Assembly: GCA_900768105.1 (NCBI GenBank)
Contig: CAAGBQ010000055.1
Location: forward strand, 928-64,927
Reading direction: 5' to 3'
Length of the DNA stretch: 64,000 nucleotides
Source of the DNA: Oscillospiraceae bacterium
GTDB lineage: Bacteria; Bacillota; Clostridia; Oscillospirales; Ruminococcaceae
Each line of letters opens with the position of its first letter. Position 1 is the stretch's first letter. A program made the translations under genes and the position numbers. The notes under the pieces were generated by a model that saw only the letters and a list, made by a program, of their open reading frames with translations, had not been told where the DNA came from and did no database searches. This document shows, piece after piece, positions 46,987 to 56,156 of this stretch.

Positions 46987-47592
46987 TTGAAGGACGAAAA
47001 CGATATTTTAAATAACAGAGCAAATATTGAAGAAAGGGAGGAAGAACCTTTTTTTGAAGATGCCGCAGTAAAAAGAAAACGGCGTATAAAAGCGGAACTT
47101 TCGGATTGGGCAAAAACGCTTTTCTTTTTCTGTGTAATCCCCGTAATTATTTTTGAATGCTTTTTCTTTGTTGCAAGGGTGCCGACAGGCTCTATGGAAA
47201 CAACGGTTCCTGCCGGCGCGCAGGTTTTGGTAACTCGATGCTTCAATAAAGACAATATAAACCGCGGCGATGTTGTGGTTTTTTACAATGATGAACTTGA
47301 GCTTACGCTTTTTAAGCGCTGCATAGGTCTGCCGGGAGATACGGTGGAATTTGACGGAACCGGTGCGGTTTACATCAATGGGGAATACTATGATGAACCG
47401 TATGTAAGCAGCTATTCTCCGTTTTCGGGAAGCTTTACCGTTCCGGAGGACTGCTATTTCTTCTGCGGAGATAACCGCGGAAGTTCTTGGGACGCAAGGC
47501 TTTGGGACAACCCATACATAAATAAAGAAAATGTAAAGGGAAAAGCAAGATTTATTTTCTATCCCTTTAATTCCGTTGGGGCAGTTAAATAA
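46987..47592 (+). CDS. lepB: Signal peptidase I
   Basis: Catalytic GSMETTV (Ser box), KRCIGLPGD (Lys box), GDNRGSSWDAR. TTG start after GGAGGG. Confidence 0.85.
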   Translation: MKDENDILNNRANIEEREEEPFFEDAAVKRKRRIKAELSDWAKTLFFFCVIPVIIFECFFFVARVPTGSMETTVPAGAQVLVTRCFNKDNINRGDVVVFYNDELELTLFKRCIGLPGDTVEFDGTGAVYINGEYYDEPYVSSYSPFSGSFTVPEDCYFFCGDNRGSSWDARLWDNPYINKENVKGKARFIFYPFNSVGAVK

Positions 47593-47612
47593 ATTTTGGC
47601 GGTGATGCTGTA

Positions 47613-47711
47613 ATGAAAAACAAATTTTTTGTGCGCGTAATGATAATCATTTTGATTCTTGCAATGATTATTCCTTCGGTGGCATACGCGCTGGTATATA
47701 TGCTGGGATGA
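47613..47711 (+). CDS. Candidate 32-aa hydrophobic micro-protein, stop overlapping the mnmA start
   Basis: MKNKFFVRVMIIILILAMIIPSVAYALVYMLG. An ATGA junction with mnmA, but the RBS is weak. Confidence 0.3.
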   Translation: MKNKFFVRVMIIILILAMIIPSVAYALVYMLG

Positions 47712-48724
47712 GTAAGGACAAAATTATGGTGGGTCTTTCCGGCGGCGTAGACAGCGCCGTTGCCGCCTATCTGCTGAAAGAACAGGGCTATGAGGTCGCG
47801 GGAGCGACCTTTCGTATGGAGGATGATTGGGACGGCGCCGCAGACGCAAAGGCCGTTGCGGATTATCTTGGAATACTGCACTATATCTTTGATTTCCGCA
47901 CTGTTTTTAAAGAAAAAGTTCTGGATAATTTTGAAGAAGAATATAAGGCGGGAAGAACGCCGAACCCTTGCGTTCGCTGCAACAAATTTATTAAGTTCCC
48001 TGCGTTTTTGGAAAAGGCGCAGGAGCTTGGCTATGACCTTATTTCCACAGGTCACTATGCAAGGACGAACGGAGAAAATATTTTTCGTGCAAAAAATCTT
48101 GCAAAGGACCAAAGCTATGTAATGTACAATATCCAAAAGGATATGATACCGCATATCCGCTTTCCGCTTTCGGATATGAGCAAGGAAGAAATCCGCGAAA
48201 TTGCCCGCGAAGCGGGCATTCCGGTGGCGAACAAGCCGGATTCTCAAGACATTTGCTTTATTCCGGATGGGGATACGGGCGGATATCTTTGCCGTCACAT
48301 CGGAGAAATGCCGCATGGGCGTTTTGTTGATGAAAACGGCAAATGCCTTGGTGAGCACAAGGGCATTTATCACTACACAATAGGGCAGAGAAAAGGTCTT
48401 GGGCTTTCGCTTCCGGTACCGCTTTATGTAGGGAAAATCAATGCGGAAAAAAATGAAGTTGTGCTTGTAAAAAACGAAGAGCTTTTTTCAAAGCGTATTA
48501 TGGCAAAGGAATTTAATTGGATAAACGGCGCGCCGGATATGCCAATAAGGGTTATGTGCAAAATCCGCTATACCCAGGCTGCCGCGCCGGCAACGGCATT
48601 TACATTCGGCAATCCGGATAAGGCGCTGATTACCTTTGACGAACCGCAGAGGGCTGCCGCTCCGGGGCAATCCGCCGTAATATATGAAGGAGAAAAGCTT
48701 CTTGGCGGAGGCATAATTGTGTGA
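47708..48724 (+). CDS. mnmA: tRNA 2-thiouridine(34) synthase MnmA
   Basis: PP-loop GLSGGVDSAV, catalytic NPCVRCN, DQSY. Confidence 0.9.
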   Translation: MSKDKIMVGLSGGVDSAVAAYLLKEQGYEVAGATFRMEDDWDGAADAKAVADYLGILHYIFDFRTVFKEKVLDNFEEEYKAGRTPNPCVRCNKFIKFPAFLEKAQELGYDLISTGHYARTNGENIFRAKNLAKDQSYVMYNIQKDMIPHIRFPLSDMSKEEIREIAREAGIPVANKPDSQDICFIPDGDTGGYLCRHIGEMPHGRFVDENGKCLGEHKGIYHYTIGQRKGLGLSLPVPLYVGKINAEKNEVVLVKNEELFSKRIMAKEFNWINGAPDMPIRVMCKIRYTQAAAPATAFTFGNPDKALITFDEPQRAAAPGQSAVIYEGEKLLGGGIIV

Positions 48725-48753
48725 TTGACAACGCACAAAAAATGTTGTATAAT
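48725..48753 (+). promoter_or_regulatory. Consensus sigma-A promoter
   Basis: TTGACA-17 nt-TATAAT, starting immediately after the mnmA stop. Confidence 0.6.
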
Positions 48754-48833
48754 TTCTGCATTGTAATATTTTACGAAGGGTTTTAAAAATGGACGACGCA
48801 GACATACGATGTATGCATATAATGATTAACAGA

Positions 48834-48875
48834 GCATAGCCTGGGCGAAGCTTCGCCTTCGGGCTGTGCTTTTTT
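48834..48875 (+). terminator. Intrinsic terminator about 40 nt upstream of the CNNM/CorC-type gene
   Basis: gcatagcc...ggctgtgc outer stem enclosing the gcgaagcttcgc palindrome, then T6. Confidence 0.6.
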
Positions 48876-48913
48876 GTGCTTATTTTAAATAAAAGGGTGA
48901 ATTTTTTGGTCTT

Positions 48914-50170
48914 ATGAACAATACAACAACAATTATAATAATGCTTATGCTTGTTACTATGTCGGCATTCTTTTCCGCAACGGAAACGGCATTCAGCAGC
49001 TTGAGCCTTACCAAAATCAAAATATCCGCAGAGCAGGGGAACAAAAAATCGGCGCTGATTTTAAAGCTGCTTGAGGATTATGACAAACTGCTTTCCACAA
49101 TTCTTGTTGGAAACAATATTGTAAATATCGGGCTTTCTTCCATTGCGACTGTGTGGTTTATAGACCTTATCGGTTCCTCCGGCGCAACGGTTTCAACAAT
49201 AGTGATTACGATTATAGTCCTTATTTTCGGTGAGATAACGCCGAAAAGCCTTGCAAAGGAATCTCCGGAAAGCTTTGCGTCTTTTTCCGCACCGATAATC
49301 AATTTTATCAGAATAATTCTTACTCCGGTAAACTGGCTCTTCTCACAGTGGAAAAAGCTTGTTTCAAAAGCGTTTAAAAACAAGGACGACAGAACCCTTA
49401 CGGAAGAAGAGCTGCTTTCTCTTGTTGAAGAGGTTGAACACAGCGGAGGAATAGGCGAGCAGGAAAGCGAGCTTATCAAAAACGCAATGGAGCTTAATGA
49501 AAACGACGCTGCGGATATTGCAACTCCGCGCGTGGATGTTGTTGCTATTCCGGTTGACGCAGCAAAGGAGGAGATCTCCTCTGTGTTTGCCGAAAGCGGC
49601 TATTCGCGTCTTCCTGTTTATGAAGAAACCATCGACAGCATTATAGGAATTATCCACCAAAATGATTTTTACCGCGAGATAAATAATCCGGAAATCAACA
49701 TCGGCGACATTATGAAAAAACCGATTTTTGTTCCGCAAACACTTAAAATTGGTGCGTTGCTGAAGCTTTTGCAGCGTGAAAAATGCCACATGGCGGTGGT
49801 AAGCGATGAATATGGCGGAACTTACGGCATAGTTACCATGGAGGATGTGCTCGAAGAGCTTGTGGGCGAAATTTGGGATGAGCATGACGAAGTGGAGGAG
49901 GATTTTACAAAGGTATCCGATGGTGTTTATACCGTTGCCGGCTCCGCCGATCCGGAAGAAACTCTTGAAAACCTTGGTATAGATAAAGAGGTTGATTGCG
50001 CCACAATGGGCGGTTGGGTTATGGACGAGCTTAACAAGGTGCCGGAGGTCGGCGATTCATTTGATTGCGAGGGATATACCGTAACGGTAACTGCGGTTGA
50101 CGGAATGAGAGCGGAAACAATCGAGATAAAAAAGGACAGTCCGAAAGAGGCTGCCGAATCAAAAGAATAA
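48914..50170 (+). CDS. CNNM/DUF21-CBS-CorC_HlyC family transporter (hemolysin-family divalent-cation efflux type)
   Basis: Four N-terminal TM segments with GEITPKS, a CBS pair and a C-terminal CorC domain. Confidence 0.85.
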   Translation: MNNTTTIIIMLMLVTMSAFFSATETAFSSLSLTKIKISAEQGNKKSALILKLLEDYDKLLSTILVGNNIVNIGLSSIATVWFIDLIGSSGATVSTIVITIIVLIFGEITPKSLAKESPESFASFSAPIINFIRIILTPVNWLFSQWKKLVSKAFKNKDDRTLTEEELLSLVEEVEHSGGIGEQESELIKNAMELNENDAADIATPRVDVVAIPVDAAKEEISSVFAESGYSRLPVYEETIDSIIGIIHQNDFYREINNPEINIGDIMKKPIFVPQTLKIGALLKLLQREKCHMAVVSDEYGGTYGIVTMEDVLEELVGEIWDEHDEVEEDFTKVSDGVYTVAGSADPEETLENLGIDKEVDCATMGGWVMDELNKVPEVGDSFDCEGYTVTVTAVDGMRAETIEIKKDSPKEAAESKE

Positions 50171-50174
50171 TATG

Positions 50175-50209
50175 CAAAAAATCCCGCGAAGCTTTCGCGG
50201 GATTTTTTT
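50175..50209. terminator. Bidirectional terminator
   Basis: A6-tcccgcgaa-gc-ttcgcggga-T7. Confidence 0.7.
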
Positions 50210-50213
50210 GCGT

Positions 50214-50798
50214 CTATATTGCCGTGATTGCGGCGCAAAGCGCCGCAACGGTTTTATCAAGGGAAAGCGAGGGCTTATCGGTAGTTTGCTCCGGCAGAAA
50301 CGGAACATGGATGAATCCGGCACGGACGGAAGTTCCGGCAAAACGGTGCAAAACAGAATAAAGTACATCATTGCAAACAAAACTGCCTGCGGAATAGGAA
50401 ACTGCACCGGGTAAACCTGCATCGCAGATAGCCTTTGCCATCGCGCGTACCGGAAGGGTGGAAAAATACGCCGCGGGTCCGCCTTCTATAATGGGAATAT
50501 CGCAGGGAACGGCACCCGTATTATCCGGAAGGGTCGCAAAGCGGAGGTTTATACCCACCATTTCCGGCGTAACGGAGGCTCTGCCGCCCGCCTGCCCAAC
50601 GGAAATTATAACATCCGGATTAAGCTCCTCCGCTTTATCAATAACCGTTTGCGCAGCAACACCGAAAACCGTGGGAATTTCGAGCTTTGTAAGCTCATAA
50701 TCTCTGATGGCATCCGGCAAAAGCTTTACCGCTTCCCAAGCGGGATTTATACTTTCGCCGCCGAATGGGTCAAAACCGGTTATCAAAAGCTTTTTCAT
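50214..50798 (-). CDS. pcp: Pyroglutamyl-peptidase I
   Basis: MKKLLITGFDPFGGESINPAWEAV, catalytic ...SAGSFVCN..., ...FIHVP. Confidence 0.9.
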   Translation of the reverse strand: MKKLLITGFDPFGGESINPAWEAVKLLPDAIRDYELTKLEIPTVFGVAAQTVIDKAEELNPDVIISVGQAGGRASVTPEMVGINLRFATLPDNTGAVPCDIPIIEGGPAAYFSTLPVRAMAKAICDAGLPGAVSYSAGSFVCNDVLYSVLHRFAGTSVRAGFIHVPFLPEQTTDKPSLSLDKTVAALCAAITAI

Positions 50799-50845
50799 AA
50801 AAACACCGCCTTTCACAGCGGTATTGTATCACTTTTCATCGTAAT

Positions 50846-51616
50846 TTACATCTGTTTTTTTATTTTTTTGAGAGCGCCTTTTTCAAGGCGCGAAACCTGC
50901 GCCTGACTTATGCCTATTTGTGAAGCAACATCCATTTGTGTCCGACCGTCAAAAAAACGCATACTCAAAATTTTTTTCTCCCTCGGAGAAAGCACCTTGA
51001 GCGCTTCTTTCAGAGATATTTCCTCAAGCCAGCTTGAATCGGAGCTTTTGTCGCTTATTTGGTCCATCATATAAATCGTGTCGCCGGAATCCGAATAAAC
51101 CGGGTCATATAAAGAAACGGGCTCGACTATAGCTTCAAGAGCAACGACTACGCGGCTTTTCGGAATACCCATCTCTTCGGCAATTTCCTCAACCTTTGGT
51201 TCGCGGCCGTGCTCATTTATAAATGCTTCCTTAATCTGCATTGCCCTATACGCGGTATCACGCATGGAGCGGCTTACCCTAACGGGATTGCTGTCCCGCA
51301 AAAAGCGGCGAATTTCTCCTATTATCATGGGTACGCCGTATGTGGAAAAGCGTACATCAAGATTTGGGTCAAAATTGTCGATTGCCTTGATAAGACCAAT
51401 GCAGCCGACCTGAAAAAGGTCGTCCGGATTTTCTCCGCGTGAAGCAAATTTTTGCACTACGCTTAAAACAAGGCGCAGGTTGCCGTTTATCATGGTTTCG
51501 CGCGCGGCTTTATCGCCGTTTTTTGCGCGCTTTAAAAGCTCTGTTTTTTCACTTTCCGTAAGCACCGGCAGCTTTGCCGTATTTATTCCGCATATCTCAA
51601 CTTTTCCGTAATACAT
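50846..51616 (-). CDS. sigG: Sporulation sigma factor SigG (forespore)
   Basis: Near-collinear with B. subtilis SigG: KVEICG..T.KLPVL, NGNLRLVLSV.QRF, DDLFQVGCIGL.K.IDNF, STY.VPMIIGEIRR.LRD.NP.RVSRS, GISQAQVSRLEK. Start taken at MYYGK. Confidence 0.9.
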   Translation of the reverse strand: MYYGKVEICGINTAKLPVLTESEKTELLKRAKNGDKAARETMINGNLRLVLSVVQKFASRGENPDDLFQVGCIGLIKAIDNFDPNLDVRFSTYGVPMIIGEIRRFLRDSNPVRVSRSMRDTAYRAMQIKEAFINEHGREPKVEEIAEEMGIPKSRVVVALEAIVEPVSLYDPVYSDSGDTIYMMDQISDKSSDSSWLEEISLKEALKVLSPREKKILSMRFFDGRTQMDVASQIGISQAQVSRLEKGALKKIKKQM

Positions 51617-51870
51617 AAGCTTTTTACATTCCTCTTTTCTTGCAGGCACACTAATCATGGGCTTTTGAGCACGGAAATATTCATAAGCGGCGCAATGAAA
51701 AAAATACCGTGTTTGCCGGAATAAAAAGGAATACAGAGCTTAATCGAAAAAAGCGCATGAGCACGCCGCAAATTTGATTTGAGCACGCAAATGCAGACAA
51801 TATTTTTTGAGCACGGACGGATAGTTTTTGCACACTTCTTCATATAATTTTGCCGGAAGGGGTGCTTTTT

Positions 51871-52188
51871 ATGAAAATAACGCTGGAGGAAATCCGCAGG
51901 AAAGCGGTTGTAAATATGCTGGACGGTGCCTGCTTCGGCTATGCCGATGACCTTATTGCGGATACGGAAACAAAACAGGTGCTTGCACTGTTGATAAAAG
52001 GAAGGCTTAAGCTTTTTGGGATTCTTGGAAGGGAAGATGATGTGCTTATTCCGTGGGAGAAAATAGACACAATAGGAAAGGATACGATCCTTGTCCGTGC
52101 GGAAAATGTTACGGAATCTGCAGGCAGGTTTTCCGGCGGAGGGGGGATTATCGAAAAAATTCTCGGAATTTTTGGGATTACGCGTTAA
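51871..52188 (+). CDS. YlmC/YmxH-family sporulation protein (PRC barrel)
   Basis: MKITLEEIRRKAVVNMLDGACFGYADDLIADTETKQVLALLI... is the family hallmark. GGAAGGGG RBS. Confidence 0.8.
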   Translation: MKITLEEIRRKAVVNMLDGACFGYADDLIADTETKQVLALLIKGRLKLFGILGREDDVLIPWEKIDTIGKDTILVRAENVTESAGRFSGGGGIIEKILGIFGITR

Positions 52189-52307
52189 AAATGCGGCGCC
52201 GCGGCGAAAGTCGCCATCGCAAAACAGGGACAAGCACATTTGTAAGGCCCGCTTTGCAGCGGAAAATGCATAAAATAAATTTTATTATATAAAAATAGCA
52301 AAAACAG

Positions 52308-52336
52308 TTGCATTGCAAAGGGTTTAATGGTATAAT
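52308..52336 (+). promoter_or_regulatory. rpsB promoter with extended -10
   Basis: TTGCAT-17 nt-(TGg)TATAAT, giving a leader of about 125 nt. Confidence 0.55.
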
Positions 52337-52464
52337 CTAATGGCTGGAAAACTGTAATTTCCAAGCTATTAACAAAACACACACCTTACAATTACCGCGC
52401 TTGTGCCGAAAGGTTGCCGCGGTGAAGTGCGTAGGGTGGTGGCAACAACAAGGAGGAAAAAATA

Positions 52465-53190
52465 ATGTCCGTAGTATCTATGAAACAGCTGCTTGAAGCC
52501 GGTGTGCATTTTGGCCACCAGACCCGCCGCTGGAACCCGAAAATGGCTCCGTATATCTTCACCGAAAGAAACGGAATCTACATCATCGACCTTCAGAAAA
52601 CCGTTAAGAAAATCGAAGAAGCTTATTCTTTCGTAAACGAGCTTTCCGCAGAAGGCAAATCCGTTCTTTTTGTCGGTACCAAAAAACAGGCTGCCGATTC
52701 CATCCGTGAAGAGGCCGAAAGAGCCGGCGCTTATTATGTAAACGCCCGTTGGCTCGGCGGTATGCTCACCAACTTCAAGACCATCAGAAGAAGAATTGCC
52801 CGCCTTCAGCAGCTCCGCAAAATGGAGGAGGACGGCACCTTCGACCGCCTTACCAAAAAAGAAGCTTCCAAGCTTACTCTTGAAATCGAAAAGCTTGAAA
52901 AGTTCCTTGGCGGTATCGAAGATATGACCGAGCTTCCCGGCGCTCTTTTCATTGTTGACTCCAGAAAAGAAAAAATTGCAGTTGCAGAAGCACGCAAACT
53001 CGGTATTCCGATCGTAGCTATTGTTGACACTAACTGTGACCCTGACGAGATCGACTATGTCATCCCGGGCAACGACGATGCAATCCGTGCCGTAAAGCTT
53101 ATTGCAGGCACTATTGCAGACGCAATCATTGAAGGCAGACAGGGCGAACAGAATTCTCCTGAAGAAGAAACCGAAGAGGAGGCAGAATAA
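52465..53190 (+). CDS. rpsB: 30S ribosomal protein S2
   Basis: [19 protein letters not shown]... Confidence 0.97.
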   Translation: MSVVSMKQLLEAGVHFGHQTRRWNPKMAPYIFTERNGIYIIDLQKTVKKIEEAYSFVNELSAEGKSVLFVGTKKQAADSIREEAERAGAYYVNARWLGGMLTNFKTIRRRIARLQQLRKMEEDGTFDRLTKKEASKLTLEIEKLEKFLGGIEDMTELPGALFIVDSRKEKIAVAEARKLGIPIVAIVDTNCDPDEIDYVIPGNDDAIRAVKLIAGTIADAIIEGRQGEQNSPEEETEEEAE

Positions 53191-53192
53191 TT

Positions 53193-54113
53193 ATGGCATT
53201 CACTGCACAGGATGTAAAGGCTCTCCGTGAAGCAACGGAGTGCGGTATGCTTGACTGCAAAAAGGCACTTATCGAAACCGACGGCGATATGGAAAAAGCT
53301 ATTGAGTTCCTTCGCGAAAAAGGACTTGCAGCCGCTGCGAAAAAAGCCTCCAGAATTGCTGCTGAAGGCATTGTTGTAGCAGTTAACGACCCTGAAAAGA
53401 ATGTGTCCGCCGTTATCGAAGTAAACTCCGAAACCGACTTCGTTGCAAAGAACGAAAGCTTCCAGGAGTTTGCAAAAATTGCCGCACAGGCGGTTATTGA
53501 CAACGACCCTGCTTCTGTTGAGGAGCTTCTCGCCGTTAAAGTCGGCGACCAAACCGTTCAGGAACTTCTTCAAGACAGAATTCTTGTTATCCGCGAGAAC
53601 CTGAAGATTCGCCGCTTCAAACGCTATGAAGGCGCAGTTGCCGTTTATGTACACGGCGGCGGCAAAATCGGCGTTATGGTTAAATTCGACACCGATGTAG
53701 CAGAGAAGGACGGCTTTGCAGAGTATGGCAAGAACATTGCCATGCAGATTGCAGCAGCAAACCCGCTTTATGTTTGCGAGCACTGCGTTCCCGCAGAGGT
53801 TGTTGAGCACGAAAAAGAAATCGCTCTTGCTCAAATCAACAACGATCCTAAAATGGCTGCAAAACCCGATATGGCAAAGACCAAAATCGTCGAGGGCAAA
53901 ATCAATAAATATTATAAAGAAAACTGCCTTGTTGATCAGGAGTATGTAAAGGATCCTTCCATGACCATCAAGGAGTACACCGACAAGACTGCAAAAGAGC
54001 TTGGCGGTTCCATCAAGATTGCCGAATTCGTCCGCATGGAAAAAGGCGAGGGCATTGAGAAACGCGAAGAAAACTTTGCTGAAGAAGTTGCAAAACAGAT
54101 TGCAGGCAAATAA
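53193..54113 (+). CDS. tsf: Elongation factor Ts
   Basis: VKALREATECGMLDCKKALIETDGDMEKAIEFLREKG... Confidence 0.97.
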   Translation: MAFTAQDVKALREATECGMLDCKKALIETDGDMEKAIEFLREKGLAAAAKKASRIAAEGIVVAVNDPEKNVSAVIEVNSETDFVAKNESFQEFAKIAAQAVIDNDPASVEELLAVKVGDQTVQELLQDRILVIRENLKIRRFKRYEGAVAVYVHGGGKIGVMVKFDTDVAEKDGFAEYGKNIAMQIAAANPLYVCEHCVPAEVVEHEKEIALAQINNDPKMAAKPDMAKTKIVEGKINKYYKENCLVDQEYVKDPSMTIKEYTDKTAKELGGSIKIAEFVRMEKGEGIEKREENFAEEVAKQIAGK

Positions 54114-54141
54114 TTTTTTGTACTGAATCAAGTGCGTTTAG

Positions 54142-54196
54142 CGGCGGCAACGGAGAATATAATTATTGAATAATATTTATATATTGCCGCCGTTTT
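54142..54196 (+). terminator. Long-loop hairpin plus T4 between tsf and the pduS-like gene (weak or partial terminator candidate)
   Basis: cggcggcaa/ttgccgccg 9-bp stem, a 33-nt AT-rich loop, then TTTT. Confidence 0.3.
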
Positions 54197-54243
54197 GCTT
54201 ATCAAAGCATAAATTGCAGAAAAATACAGGGAGGTGCATTGAT

Positions 54244-55599
54244 TTGAGTTTAGTCGAAACCGTTAAAAATGCCGGTATTGTCGGTGCGGGCGGCGCAGGA
54301 TTTCCTACCCATGTAAAACTCAACGCTAAATCTGAGTACTTCATCGTAAACGCAGCAGAGTGTGAACCGCTTATTGAAACTGATAAGTTCCTTATCAGAA
54401 CCAGAGCGGCAGACCTTGTTAAAGGCGTTGACATGATTGCAAAAGAGCTTGGCGCCGACAAAAAGTACATAGCCCTCAAAGCAGCGTACAAAACCGAGAT
54501 TGCTGCTCTTGAAAAAGCTATCGCCGAAGCAGGAAGCGACATTAAACTCCACAAAATGGGATATTTCTATCCCGCAGGTGACGAGCAGGTAATAGTTTGC
54601 GAAATCACCGGTAAATCCGTCCCCGAAAGGGGCATTCCGCTGATGGTTGGTGCGGTTGTTGATAATGTAGGTACTGTCCTTAATATTGTGGACGCCTATG
54701 ACGGCAAGCCTGTTACCGATAAATTCCTCAGCGTGGTCGGCGAGGTCAAACACCCTGTTATGCTCCATGTGCCGCTTGGAACCTCCGTTCGCGAGTGTGT
54801 AAAAGCAGCAGACCCCACCATTTCCAATTATGCGGTAATTATGGGCGGACCTATGATGGGTAAGGTTCATGATAATGACGAAGACATTGATAAGCTTGTT
54901 ATTACAAAAACCGACGGTAACATTATTGTTCTCCCGAAAGACCATTATCTTGTTACCAGCAGCCACCTTAAGCCCGAATCTATGATTAACAGAGCAAAAT
55001 CAAGCTGCATCCAGTGCCGTATGTGCACCGATAACTGCCCGCGTTATCAGACCGGACACGATATTAAGCCGCATATGACCATGAGAAACCTGTTCCGCGA
55101 GAGCCTTATCACCGATAACGATGAGTATCTCCGCGTATTCGGCCATGTTATGAACTGCTCCGAGTGCGGTGCTTGCGAACTGTTCTCCTGCCCGATGCAT
55201 CTTTCTCCCAGAAAGGCAAATGTGTACATCAAAAACCAGCTCCGTGCAAGAGGAATTGATGTTCCGAAGAATGCAGAGCCGCATGCAAGACCGGAAAGAG
55301 AGGTCCGCAAGATTCCTACCAACCGTCTTGTTGCACGCCTTGGCCTCAGCAAATATTACGGCAAGCACCTTGCCACTGATGAGCCTATCGTTCTGAACCC
55401 CGAAGTAGTCGAAGTGCCGCTTAAACAGCACATCGGCGCACCTGCAACTGCCGTTGTTTCCGTCGGCGATGTAGTAAAGAAGGGCGACCCGATTGGTGTT
55501 ATGGCTGAAGGCAAGCTTGGCGCGAATGTATACGCCAGCTTCGACGGAGAAGTCACTGCTGTCACTGACAGAGTAGAAATAGGGAGGGAGAGCAAATGA
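54244..55599 (+). CDS. pduS: PduS-like RnfC/NuoF-family flavo-iron-sulfur oxidoreductase (SLBB domain plus 2x[4Fe-4S])
   Basis: AGIVGAGGAGFPTHVKL, NAAECEPL, CIQCRMCTDNCP, CSECGACELFSCP. TTG start 9 nt after GGGAGG gives 451 aa. Confidence 0.8.
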   Translation: MSLVETVKNAGIVGAGGAGFPTHVKLNAKSEYFIVNAAECEPLIETDKFLIRTRAADLVKGVDMIAKELGADKKYIALKAAYKTEIAALEKAIAEAGSDIKLHKMGYFYPAGDEQVIVCEITGKSVPERGIPLMVGAVVDNVGTVLNIVDAYDGKPVTDKFLSVVGEVKHPVMLHVPLGTSVRECVKAADPTISNYAVIMGGPMMGKVHDNDEDIDKLVITKTDGNIIVLPKDHYLVTSSHLKPESMINRAKSSCIQCRMCTDNCPRYQTGHDIKPHMTMRNLFRESLITDNDEYLRVFGHVMNCSECGACELFSCPMHLSPRKANVYIKNQLRARGIDVPKNAEPHARPEREVRKIPTNRLVARLGLSKYYGKHLATDEPIVLNPEVVEVPLKQHIGAPATAVVSVGDVVKKGDPIGVMAEGKLGANVYASFDGEVTAVTDRVEIGRESK

Positions 55600-56144
55600 T
55601 CCAGACAATCGGAATGCTTGAATTTAACAGCATCGCAAAGGGTATTGAAACCTGCGATGTTATGCTCAAAGCTGCTGAAGTAAGTCTTATCCGTACTTCC
55701 ACAGTATGCCCCGGCAAATACATCATCATCATCTATGGCGATACCGGTTCCGTAAAAGCCTCCATTCTTGCTGGCGAAATCAACGGCGGCAACTGCGTAG
55801 TTGACAAAATGATTATCCAGAATGTACATCCGCAGCTTATTCCCGCACTCAGCGGCACCGCACAGGTTCAGCGCGGCGATGCTATCGGCGCAATGGAATT
55901 TTACAGCATCACTTCTGCCATTAAAGCAGCCGATGTTGCTGCAAAAGCCGCACAGATTACCCTTGTAACCATTACCATGGGTTATGCTGTCGGCGGCAAG
56001 GGCATTGTAACCCTTACCGGCGATGTCGGCGCAGTAAGAGCTGCTGTTGCTGCAGGTATTGAGGAGCCTTCCAGAAACGATTTGTATATCGGTTCCACCG
56101 TTATACCGAAATACGCTCCCGAACTCTTCGATTCTCTTCTGTAA
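55596..56144 (+). CDS. pduT: PduT-like tandem-BMC-domain shell protein (BMC-T) with the pore Cys conserved
   Basis: Two BMC domains (IGMLEFNSIAKGIETCDVMLKAA... and IGAMEFYSITSAIKAADVAAKAA...). Cys38 sits in the TVCPGK loop. ATGA overlap with the upstream gene. Confidence 0.8.
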   Translation: MIQTIGMLEFNSIAKGIETCDVMLKAAEVSLIRTSTVCPGKYIIIIYGDTGSVKASILAGEINGGNCVVDKMIIQNVHPQLIPALSGTAQVQRGDAIGAMEFYSITSAIKAADVAAKAAQITLVTITMGYAVGGKGIVTLTGDVGAVRAAVAAGIEEPSRNDLYIGSTVIPKYAPELFDSLL

Positions 56145-56156
56145 TTTCAAATTTAT

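Noticed and set aside
47585-48373. 262-aa minus-strand ORF antisense to mnmA
   Set aside because: MnmA motifs (PP-loop, catalytic Cys) are clear on the plus strand, so this is a shadow ORF.
52337-52464. rpsB leader as a ribosomal-protein S2 autoregulatory RNA
   Set aside because: A leader of about 125 nt with one accgcg/cgcggt hairpin exists. However, I cannot match it to a defined motif from memory, and leaders of this length are ordinary for r-protein operons.
53055-54131. 358-aa minus-strand ORF antisense to tsf
   Set aside because: Shadow of the EF-Ts gene. Its Phe/Asn/Cys-rich sequence has no recognisable domain.
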